Assembly: GCA_963754875.1 (NCBI GenBank)
Contig: CAVWHO010000022.1
Location: forward strand, 96,001 to 160,000
DNA: 64,000 nt
Direction: 5' to 3'
From: Nitrospirota bacterium
Lineage (GTDB): Bacteria > Nitrospirota > UBA9217
The notes beneath the pieces were generated by a model. It saw only the letters and a list, made by a program, of their open reading frames with translations. It was not told the DNA's origin and made no database searches. Of the stretch, positions 10,984 to 19,534 are shown piece by piece (within the stretch, counting starts at the first letter, position 1; each line of letters starts with the position of its first letter). The position numbers and the translations under genes are program-made.

Positions 10984-11041
10984 GTAGGGGCGGCCCTGTG
11001 TGGCCGCCCGCATCAGGGCAACCACGCAGGGTTGCCCCTAC
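10984..11041. repeat. GTAG-family REP doublet (REPIN-like) nested within a 7-nt array pair (10958-11065)
   Basis: GTAGGGGCGGCCCTGTGTGGCCGCCC and inverted GGGCAACCACGCAGGGTTGCCCCTAC, with compensatory stem changes. Confidence 0.85.
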
Positions 11042-11065
11042 CTGAACCCCGACCCCTGAACCCTG

Positions 11066-11893
11066 CTATTTGATTTTCATGCTGATGTCCGCGGCAGGTG
11101 CGGAATGGGTGAGACTTCCGGAGGATATGAAGTCAACGCCTGTCTCCGCAACCGCACGAATCGTTTCGAGTGTAATGTTACCTGACGCCTCAACAGGGGC
11201 TTTACCGGCGATCAACTTCACTGCTTCGCGCATCATGTCTATCGGCATATTATCAAGCATGATGATGTCTGCTTTCGCGGCTATCGCCTCATGAACCTCA
11301 TCAAGTGTTTTCGTCTCCACTTCTACTTTGAGAAGAGGGTGGGCCGACCTCCTCGCGCCTTCAACGGCGTTCGTGATGCCGCCCGCGGCCTTGATGTGGT
11401 TGTCCTTAATCAGCGCGCCGTCGTACAACCCGAAGCGGTGATTTCTTCCTCCACCTACGCGCACCGCATATTTCTCGAGCTGCCGCAGGCCCGGCAGCGT
11501 CTTTCTCGTATCCAGCACGTCGGCCTTCAGACCCTTCACCCGCTCAACATACCGTGACGTCAACGTCGCAATACCGGACAGGTGCTGGAGAAGATTCAGC
11601 GCCACGCGCTCGCCGGCAAGCAAAGCCCGCGTGTTCCCGGACAGTTTCGCGATCTCCGTCCCGGCATTCAGCCGGTCGCCATCCTTCGCAAAGGTAGTAA
11701 ATTGGATGTCGGGATCGAGATAATGAAAGACCGCACGCGCTATGTCGAGCCCGGCAAGGACAAGGTCCTGCTTCGCCAGCACCACGGCTACAGACGACGA
11801 TTCAGGGCGGATCGTTGCCTCGGAGGTTACGTCGCCGGGACCCAGGTCTTCCTGCAATGCACGCGCGAGAAATTCTTTTAAGGTATGATCCAT
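11066..11893 (-). CDS. nadC: Nicotinate-nucleotide pyrophosphorylase (carboxylating)
   Basis: ED..GDVT, GERVALN, DTRKTLPGLR, HRFGL, KDNH, MLDN, EASG. Confidence 0.97.
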   Translation of the reverse strand: MDHTLKEFLARALQEDLGPGDVTSEATIRPESSSVAVVLAKQDLVLAGLDIARAVFHYLDPDIQFTTFAKDGDRLNAGTEIAKLSGNTRALLAGERVALNLLQHLSGIATLTSRYVERVKGLKADVLDTRKTLPGLRQLEKYAVRVGGGRNHRFGLYDGALIKDNHIKAAGGITNAVEGARRSAHPLLKVEVETKTLDEVHEAIAAKADIIMLDNMPIDMMREAVKLIAGKAPVEASGNITLETIRAVAETGVDFISSGSLTHSAPAADISMKIK

Positions 11894-11909
11894 GATCGAT
11901 GAAGTTCGT

Positions 11910-14732
11910 TTATACCAGCATCTTCAGGCTCTGTTCAAGCTTTTCACGCTTGGCTTTGAATTCTTCGAGCTTCGCAGTGTCCTTTTCCACGACTTCCTTC
12001 GGAGCTTTGTCTACGAAGTTCTTATTCGAAAGCTTCTTTGAAAATACTTCGATGTCCTTTGAGATCTTTGCGATCTCTTTCTGCAGCCGGTCGCGTTCCT
12101 GGGTAAGATCAATGATACCCTCAAGCGGCACATATACTTCACCGTCTTTAATCACGCCGGTTGCGGCCGCTTTCGGCTTTGTCATAGTTTTACTTACCTT
12201 AAATTCAGATGCACCAGAGACTGCGATAGTTAAGGTTGACGTGCTGTCTAGCAAGCTGAGTAGTTCGTCTGTCTCTGCTTTTACGTTTACTGGTATCCGT
12301 TTAGAAGGTGGGATATTCATCTCGCCACGAATATTCCGAACAGCCATGTTTAGTTCCATGAACGTTTGCATTTTCTGTTCGATCCCGGCATTAATCATCT
12401 TCATGTCGGCAACCGGATACGCCGAAACCATAATTGACTCTTTTCTAGTTTCTGACTTCTGACTTCTGACTGTTTCCGGCAGCGTCTGCCATATCTCTTC
12501 GGTGATGTACGGCATGATCGGATGTAGGAGCCGTAGCGCTGTTTCGAGAACATACGCGAGGACGGTCTGGGTCGCCTTTCTCGACGGCAAGCCGACGTCC
12601 TCAAAAAACAGTGCGGGCTTGGACAACTCCAGGTACCAGTCGCAGTACTCATGCCAGATAAAGTGATAGAGATTCGATGCTACATCATTGAACCGGTATT
12701 CGGTGAGCGCGGACTGTACCTCTTTCGTGACCGTGTTCAGCCGGGACAGTATCCACTTGTCGGGAAGTGATGAGTTCGGAGTCAGAAGTTCAGCGTTTGG
12801 CGCGAAGTCTTCTTCCAGGTTCATCATCACGAACCTGCTCGCGTTCCAGATCTTGTTCGCAAAATTCCTGTATCCTTCGATGCGCTCAGTGGACATTTTG
12901 ATGTCCCTGCCCTGGGCAGCAAAGGCGGTGAGCGTGAACCGGAAGGCGTCGGTGCCGTACTGATCGATCATCACGAGCGGGTCGATCACGTTACCCTTCG
13001 ACTTGCTCATCTTCTGGCCTTCTGCATCGCGCACGAGCGCATGGATGTACACGTCACGGAACGGGACATCCTTCATAAAGTGAAGCCCCATCATAATCAT
13101 TCGCGCCACCCAGAAGAAGATGATATCGAAGCTCGTGATCAAGACCGAGGTGGGATAGTAAACAGAAAGCTCCTTGGTCTTTTCAGGCCAGCCGAGCGTG
13201 GAGAACGGCCACAGTGCTGACGAGAACCAGGTGTCGAGGACGTCGGGGTCACGAACCAGAATGGAAGAACCGCAAGTTGGGCATTTTATCGGAGGTTCTT
13301 TTTGGACAATAGGCTTTGCATCTATTCCAATGATTAACTTAACCTCTTCAACATGTGTTGGCAGCGTTCCGCCTTCTCCGACTGCCGTCACTGAGCCGAT
13401 GGGGACTTCCAGTACTTCGGTCTTATTGCATTCCATGCAGTACCATGCTGGAATCTGATGCCCCCACCAGATCTGGCGGGAGATACACCAATCTTTGATG
13501 TTCCGCATCCACTCGAAATAGGTGTTCTCCCACCCCTTGGGCACAATCTTTACCCGTCCTTCCTCGACTGCTTTAATTGCAGGGATCGCAAGCGATTCAG
13601 TTTTAACAAACCATTGAGGGGATAAATAGGGTTCGACAACAGTTTTGCAACGATAACATTTCCCTATTGAATGAGCATGTTCCTCTGTCTTGACCAGATA
13701 GCCTTTTTCGTTCAGCAGCTCGACAACAATCCCTCGAGCTTTCTTTGCCGGCTTTCCAGAAACCTGTTTTCGAACATCTGGTAGGACATCCGGAATATCT
13801 ATTGCAATTTCCGCGTGATCATTGAGTATCTTGATTCGAGGAAGTTCCGGAGTCTGGCGCATGCCGGCTTCGTAGTCGTTGAAGTCGTGCGCCGGGGTCA
13901 CCTTGACCGCGCCGGTTCCGAATTCCAGATCTACGAGGACGGAGTCGCCGATGATCGGGATCTTCCTGTTCGTGAGCGGCAAATCGACCGTCTTGCCGAT
14001 GAGGTCCTTGTACCGCGGATCAAGCGGATGAACAGCGACCGCAGTATCACCCAGCATGGTCTCAGGACGCGTCGTTGCGACTGTCAAGCGGATATTATGG
14101 TCATGGGAGAGCGGATAAGCGATGTGATAGAGTTTCCCCTTCTCATCCTCGTGCTCGACCTCGATGTCCGAAAGCGCCGTGTGGCATCGCGGGCACCAGT
14201 TAATGAGACGCTCGCCGCGGTAGATCAGACCTTCCTCGTAGAGCGTTACGAAAACCTCAAGAACAGCTTTCGACAAACCAGGGTCCATCGTAAACCGTTC
14301 GCGATCCCAATCACACGAGGCACCCATGCGCTTCAGCTGGTTGATAATTCTTCCGCCATATTCCTGCTTCCACTTCCAGACTTCTTTTACAAAAGCATCT
14401 CTCCCCATCATGTGCCGATCTACATCGTTTTTCGCGAGTTGCCGTTCCACAACGTTCTGCGTAGCGATGCCGGCGTGGTCCGTGCCGGGCACCCAAAGGG
14501 TGTTCCTGCCGGACATGCGCATCCAGCGTGCGAGGATGTCCTGGAGCGTAGAGTTCAATGCGTGGCCGATATGGAGCGACCCCGTCACGTTCGGGGGCGG
14601 GATCACTATGGAAAACGAGCGACCGCCGGCGTTCTCGTTGGCATGAAAATATTTTTTTTTAAGCCAGAATTCGTACCACTTCTGTTCTACGGATTTCGGG
14701 TCATAGGATTTCGGTAGTTCTTTGGTGGGCAT
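11910..14732 (-). CDS. valS: Valine--tRNA ligase
   Basis: PPPNVTGSLHIGH, DWCISRQ, KMSKS, C-terminal coiled coil; start MPTKELPKSY after AAGGAG. Confidence 0.98.
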   Translation of the reverse strand: MPTKELPKSYDPKSVEQKWYEFWLKKKYFHANENAGGRSFSIVIPPPNVTGSLHIGHALNSTLQDILARWMRMSGRNTLWVPGTDHAGIATQNVVERQLAKNDVDRHMMGRDAFVKEVWKWKQEYGGRIINQLKRMGASCDWDRERFTMDPGLSKAVLEVFVTLYEEGLIYRGERLINWCPRCHTALSDIEVEHEDEKGKLYHIAYPLSHDHNIRLTVATTRPETMLGDTAVAVHPLDPRYKDLIGKTVDLPLTNRKIPIIGDSVLVDLEFGTGAVKVTPAHDFNDYEAGMRQTPELPRIKILNDHAEIAIDIPDVLPDVRKQVSGKPAKKARGIVVELLNEKGYLVKTEEHAHSIGKCYRCKTVVEPYLSPQWFVKTESLAIPAIKAVEEGRVKIVPKGWENTYFEWMRNIKDWCISRQIWWGHQIPAWYCMECNKTEVLEVPIGSVTAVGEGGTLPTHVEEVKLIIGIDAKPIVQKEPPIKCPTCGSSILVRDPDVLDTWFSSALWPFSTLGWPEKTKELSVYYPTSVLITSFDIIFFWVARMIMMGLHFMKDVPFRDVYIHALVRDAEGQKMSKSKGNVIDPLVMIDQYGTDAFRFTLTAFAAQGRDIKMSTERIEGYRNFANKIWNASRFVMMNLEEDFAPNAELLTPNSSLPDKWILSRLNTVTKEVQSALTEYRFNDVASNLYHFIWHEYCDWYLELSKPALFFEDVGLPSRKATQTVLAYVLETALRLLHPIMPYITEEIWQTLPETVRSQKSETRKESIMVSAYPVADMKMINAGIEQKMQTFMELNMAVRNIRGEMNIPPSKRIPVNVKAETDELLSLLDSTSTLTIAVSGASEFKVSKTMTKPKAAATGVIKDGEVYVPLEGIIDLTQERDRLQKEIAKISKDIEVFSKKLSNKNFVDKAPKEVVEKDTAKLEEFKAKREKLEQSLKMLV

Positions 14733-14912
14733 GCAAGCTGCTCCTTGTCGTGGAAGCGTGTTCACCGCAAAGGTCGCAAAAAAGTGATCCGATTCGAGAA
14801 CCTGTCCTTCTGCGTCCTCGGCGGGAAAAATCAGCACGAATAAAAAATAGGGGAACGAGTCCCCTACAGAGGTTGATCTTTTTGTTTGAAGTATACCCCG
14901 GATATGGGGATG

Positions 14913-16040
14913 CTACTGTACGGCTTTCAGTCGTTCTATCTCTTCTTTGATCATTTGCTCAGCCAGCGGAGGAATCACTTCCCAGGCAACTTTCTCGATC
15001 ACCTCTCGCGCAATGTCCCGGGCGATCTTCGAGACTGCTTCCTCGATCCCTCTCCGTACCGTGTCGTCCGATATCTTTGGAAGCGGAGGAGGGGGCATGT
15101 CTTTAAACATATCCTGCGCCATCTTCGAGATTAGTTTTTCTGCCATACCGCGCAATTCGCTCTCGGGCAAGACTGTGGGTGCCGGGGCTGCTCGGTTTTC
15201 GATTGCCTCTTTCACCGCCTTCGAGACACTTGTTTCAACCATACTCCGCACTTGATCGTCCGTGATCTGCTGCGGCACTGGCGGCTCGTGGGCTGAACCA
15301 GCGGACGCGAAAAGCTTTGGCTCTTGAGGCATATTTGCCTTCGGGGCGGGTTCCATGGCCAAATCAAATACCTCAAAGGGAACAATCTCCGGCTCTCTCG
15401 GTTGCTCGTTCAATCCCAATCCGGCACGCATCTCTTCCACAGCCCTGGCGCCGACGGGCAAAACCGGGGAACTCTCGCGCGGGACCGTGTCTTCCACTTC
15501 TTCGACTTCGGGTTCAACTTCATATACCGACTCTTCTTCGCTGAGAAGCTCGGTAGCCTTCTTGAGTTCCGCTTGCGTGGGCGCTTCCTTGATGATTTCA
15601 AAAATGTCCGATGGCGCGGCCTGCCTGGGTTTAGCAATTGGCGGCGTTACGGGTGCAGCGGGACGGGAGGGGACTGCAGCAAGCGCCTTTTTTACCTTGC
15701 CGATAAGTTCCTGCGACTCGAAGGGCTTGGCAATATTGTCGACAATCCCCTCCTGATTGCCTTTTACAGAGTCATACACGTCGTCCCTGCTCATCATGAG
15801 AATGACGGGGGTCTGGGAGAGCTGCGGCTCTTGTTTGAGCCGTCCGGCAAAACTATAGCCATCAATGCGCGGGAGGTCCACGTCCACCAGCACCACATCG
15901 GGCACGAATCGTGATGCTTCCTGAAGGCCGGTGTCTCCGTCGCTTACGCAGGCCACCTCGTAGTCTTTTCCTGAAAAAAGCATCTCCACCACCTTTTGGA
16001 TGGTTATGCTCTTGTCCGCCAATAATATCTTAACCGGCAT
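14913..16040 (-). CDS. RomR-like response regulator (receiver, Pro/Glu-rich linker, conserved C-terminal helix)
   Basis: ILLADKSITIQKVV receiver; long low-complexity linker; REVIEKVAWEVIPPLAEQMIKEEIERL resembles the RomR C-terminal motif. Confidence 0.82.
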   Translation of the reverse strand: MPVKILLADKSITIQKVVEMLFSGKDYEVACVSDGDTGLQEASRFVPDVVLVDVDLPRIDGYSFAGRLKQEPQLSQTPVILMMSRDDVYDSVKGNQEGIVDNIAKPFESQELIGKVKKALAAVPSRPAAPVTPPIAKPRQAAPSDIFEIIKEAPTQAELKKATELLSEEESVYEVEPEVEEVEDTVPRESSPVLPVGARAVEEMRAGLGLNEQPREPEIVPFEVFDLAMEPAPKANMPQEPKLFASAGSAHEPPVPQQITDDQVRSMVETSVSKAVKEAIENRAAPAPTVLPESELRGMAEKLISKMAQDMFKDMPPPPLPKISDDTVRRGIEEAVSKIARDIAREVIEKVAWEVIPPLAEQMIKEEIERLKAVQ

Positions 16041-16479
16041 GTAACAACCTTTCGAAATCGAGGATAACGATGTCCTGCTCGTCTTCGACTACGATCCCTT
16101 TCACGTATTTCGTCTCGATCTCCTGCGACGTTTCGGGTGCCTTGGTCGGGTCCACCAACGTCGCCATCTTGACAACGCTGTCCACGATAATGCCGAAGGG
16201 AACACCGTTTTCCTCTAGCAGGATGATGCTCCGGCTCACTGCGGACTGGTCTTTTTCTTCAGCGGTAAACCCGATCTGCCCCGGCTTGCCCACACCAAGC
16301 CTCTGCGCAAGATTGAAGACCGGGTACACGGTCCCCCGATAATCGATCAGTCCTTCGACATAAGAATATGAAAGCGGCACCGGCCGTGACCGGCGCCAGG
16401 GCAGAATCTCGATCGCCCCGCTGAGGCGTGCACCGAACAGTCTTCCCGACAGGAGAAATATCAGATAGCTGCTCGTCAT
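16030..16479 (-). CDS. cheW: CheW-like protein
   Basis: VEGLIDYRGTVYPVFNL, FGIIVDSV. Confidence 0.88.
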   Translation of the reverse strand: MTSSYLIFLLSGRLFGARLSGAIEILPWRRSRPVPLSYSYVEGLIDYRGTVYPVFNLAQRLGVGKPGQIGFTAEEKDQSAVSRSIILLEENGVPFGIIVDSVVKMATLVDPTKAPETSQEIETKYVKGIVVEDEQDIVILDFERLLHAG

Positions 16480-16886
16480 GGCAGCAGTCCGTCTTCGTTC
16501 AGCAGGAGTACAAGGTTCTCTTTATGTCTCAGGATCCCACTGAAATACCGGTAGCTGGGATTGATGACTCCCTTGGGCATCACAACCGGTTTCTGTTCAG
16601 TGTCCAGCAGCTCGGTTACAGCATCAACCAGCAGACCAACCATGCCCGTGACACTCTTGACAACGAGAAGTGTCTCCCCGAGCGCACCGGGCAGTTTGAA
16701 GATCTTTTTAATATTCAGCACGGGAATCAGCTTGCCCCGAAACTCTATTTTCCCCTCGAACATCGCGCTCAGATTCGGGTCTTTCTGGAGGACGCGGGGC
16801 ACCGTAATTTCCAGCAGTCTGGTTATCGGGAGCGCATAGCTCTCGCCGCTCAGTAATAATATCAGAAAACGAGTCCTGTCGTCCAT
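16476..16886 (-). CDS. cheW: CheW-like protein
   Basis: FEGKIEFRGKLIPVLN, VGLLVDAV. Confidence 0.88.
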   Translation of the reverse strand: MDDRTRFLILLLSGESYALPITRLLEITVPRVLQKDPNLSAMFEGKIEFRGKLIPVLNIKKIFKLPGALGETLLVVKSVTGMVGLLVDAVTELLDTEQKPVVMPKGVINPSYRYFSGILRHKENLVLLLNEDGLLP

Positions 16887-16901
16887 ATGTTCTTTGGGGG
16901 G

Positions 16902-19529
16902 TCAGGCCCTGCCTGCGAGGGCTGCGCCACTCAGCAGTTTTTTGAGCGCTCCGAGCATTTCCTGTTCTTCAAAAGGCTTTACCAGGTAATCCTGGGCGCC
17001 CATATCGATGGCTTTCTGCCGATGTTTGTCTCCCGCTCGAGAAGTGAGAACAATGACAGGGATGTTCATGAGTTCTGGGCTCTTCTTCATCTCGGCCATG
17101 AGGTCATACCCGTGCATGACCGGCATTTCAAGGTCCGTGATTACGGCGTCAAATTTTAAACGGCCCATGATGTTGAGTGCCTCCATGCCGTCTGGGGCCA
17201 CCTCAACTTCATAACCCGTGCGGTCGAGGAAGCGCTGTACGTATTTGCGGATGCTGATGGAGTCGTCAACGACCAGGATCCTGGGCTTTCGCTTGGCAAC
17301 TTCCGGCACGGGCATGGACACTTCCCGCGTCGTAACCACTCTGGCCTTGGTTGAGATCGCCGCTTCGTCACCGAATAAAGAGGCAATATTGATGATAAGC
17401 CGCACGTTGCCTTCACCCGATATCGTGGCGCCGGAAAAGAGTTTGACACCTTTCAGATAGTCGCCGAGAGATTTCACCACGATCTCTTCCCGGCCCGTAA
17501 TTTCCTCCACCATCAGTGCCAGTTTCTTCTCAGCCATACCGAGGATCAGCGTGGGGTGACGGAAGGTTTCGTCCTTTTTTGGGAACTTGCCCACGCCGAA
17601 CAGCTCGTTCAGCTTGACGAGGTGGAGCAAGGTCCCGCGAAGCCCCACCATTTCCTCGCCCGCGGCCCGTTGGATGTCTTTGTACGAAAACCGGGTTGTT
17701 TCCTCAACGAGGTGCATGGGCACGGCGATTTCCTGGTCTTTGAGTTTTACGATCAGCGCCTGCGCAATGGCAAGCGTGAGCGGGAGCCTGATCACAAACT
17801 TCGTTCCCACGCCTTTTTCCGTCCGGATTTCGATCCTGCCGTTGATCCGCGCAAGATGCGTAGAGACCACGTCCATGCCGACGCCCCGGCCCGAAACCTT
17901 GCTGATTTTCTGGGCCGTGGAATATCCGGGGCGGAAGATCAGGTTGATCGATTCCGAATCCGTGAGCGACTGCGCCTCTGCCGCGCTCATGAACCCTTTG
18001 TCTACAGCGGTCTGCCTGAGCACGGCCGGGTCCATGCCGCGCCCATCATCTTCGATCTCGATAATGATACTGTTTCCCTCGTGTCGCGCATTCAGAATGA
18101 GCGAGCCCGTCGGATCTTTTCCCACTGCCTTGCGTTCTGCAACCGTCTCGATGCCGTGGGAAATTGCATTCCTGATCATGTGCATCAGCGGATCTGAGAT
18201 GATCTCAAAGATCGTCTTGTCGATCTTGGTCTCCCCGCCCGAGACCACCATGTTCACATTCTTGCTCTCTTCCTGGGCTATGTCTCGAACCGGCCTCTGA
18301 AACAGCTGGTAAAGTTTATCCATCTCTACCATGCGGGCCATCGTGATTTCGTCTTGAAGGTTCGTAGTAATCGTGGAGATACGCGCGGTATCGAGCTCGA
18401 AGGAGTCAAAAAAGCCCGCAAGCTGGGTCATGATCTCGTTCGTGTCGTTTGTGATTTCCGTAAGTTTACGCGAGAGCAGGTTGAAGTCGTCATACCGGTC
18501 GAACTCGAGCTCGAGAAAATCAGTTGCCTGCTCAGCAGCCTCTTGTTTCGCGCCGGAAGACTCCACACTCAAGGTATACTCGTATTTTTCTTCAAACTTC
18601 TTGATCTCGTGCAGCAGGCGGTCCTGGCTGAAGTCAAGCTCTTCCCGGAGCGATTTGATCAGGTCGACCTGACGTGCGAGCCGGTTACGGTTGACAACCA
18701 TTTCACCTACGAGGTTCATGAGATTATCGAGCCGGTCGATATTGACCCGGATGAACTGTTTTTCCAGGTCGACAGCATCCGCAGCGCGCCGCCCGGGTCC
18801 TCGTTTTTCTAGAATGCCGGTCTTCTTGGCCTCTTCAAGTTCTTGCCGGAGCTGGTCGGCGGACTTCGCGGGCGGAGTGGGGCTCGCGACTGGCAACTGA
18901 ACTCCAGCCGGAGGAACCGTCGCCTTGGGCGGGATGACAGCTGGTTGCGAATGTGACGATTCGTCGAGCAGCGGTTCGAAAGCACGGAGCTCTTCACGGC
19001 CGACATCGAAGGTCTTTTCCCACGCAATATCGAGATCGTCCTCATGTTCGTCATCCGCTGCAGCCGGGCGAGGCTTCTGGGAAACGTCAAACAGCTCTTC
19101 TTCCGGTGAAGAAGTTGGAGATTCCGTCTTCCCCATGCTCTCAACAACTTCTTTGTAAGCCCGGCCTATGCTTTCTACGACGAGGGGATCTTCCTGCTGA
19201 TTGGCGGCTACGCCGTCCACCATGACTTTAACGGCGTCAACACTGTCGAAGAGAAAATTGAGGGTTTCTTTGCAGATGGGAATGGTGCCGGAGCGGAACT
19301 GGCCGAGCATGTCTTCGGCCTTATGGGCCACATCACTGACTCCCTGAAATCCCATCATGGCCGCCGAACCTTTAAGCGTGTGAGCAGCCCGGAAAAGCTC
19401 GTCGATCATGGCGGTGTCACTGGGGTCCTTCTCAAGAGACAAGAGTCCCTTATTCAGGTTTTGCAGATGCTCACCAGCCTCGACAAGAAAAAACTCGATG
19501 ATGCCTGATTTATCTAAAGGACCTGCCAT
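16902..19529 (-). CDS. cheA: Hybrid CheA/ChpA-like chemosensory kinase (Hpt, dimer, HATPase, CheW, C-terminal receiver)
   Basis: FRAAHTLKGS, HMIRNAISHGIE, DDGRG, SGRGVGMDVV, C-terminal VVDDS...TDLEMP...KPF. Confidence 0.95.
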   Translation of the reverse strand: MAGPLDKSGIIEFFLVEAGEHLQNLNKGLLSLEKDPSDTAMIDELFRAAHTLKGSAAMMGFQGVSDVAHKAEDMLGQFRSGTIPICKETLNFLFDSVDAVKVMVDGVAANQQEDPLVVESIGRAYKEVVESMGKTESPTSSPEEELFDVSQKPRPAAADDEHEDDLDIAWEKTFDVGREELRAFEPLLDESSHSQPAVIPPKATVPPAGVQLPVASPTPPAKSADQLRQELEEAKKTGILEKRGPGRRAADAVDLEKQFIRVNIDRLDNLMNLVGEMVVNRNRLARQVDLIKSLREELDFSQDRLLHEIKKFEEKYEYTLSVESSGAKQEAAEQATDFLELEFDRYDDFNLLSRKLTEITNDTNEIMTQLAGFFDSFELDTARISTITTNLQDEITMARMVEMDKLYQLFQRPVRDIAQEESKNVNMVVSGGETKIDKTIFEIISDPLMHMIRNAISHGIETVAERKAVGKDPTGSLILNARHEGNSIIIEIEDDGRGMDPAVLRQTAVDKGFMSAAEAQSLTDSESINLIFRPGYSTAQKISKVSGRGVGMDVVSTHLARINGRIEIRTEKGVGTKFVIRLPLTLAIAQALIVKLKDQEIAVPMHLVEETTRFSYKDIQRAAGEEMVGLRGTLLHLVKLNELFGVGKFPKKDETFRHPTLILGMAEKKLALMVEEITGREEIVVKSLGDYLKGVKLFSGATISGEGNVRLIINIASLFGDEAAISTKARVVTTREVSMPVPEVAKRKPRILVVDDSISIRKYVQRFLDRTGYEVEVAPDGMEALNIMGRLKFDAVITDLEMPVMHGYDLMAEMKKSPELMNIPVIVLTSRAGDKHRQKAIDMGAQDYLVKPFEEQEMLGALKKLLSGAALAGRA

Positions 19530-19534
19530 AGAGC

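Noticed and set aside
14733..14912. T-box riboswitch upstream of valS
   Set aside because: No T-box consensus (AGGGTGGNACCGCG) found; only generic hairpins
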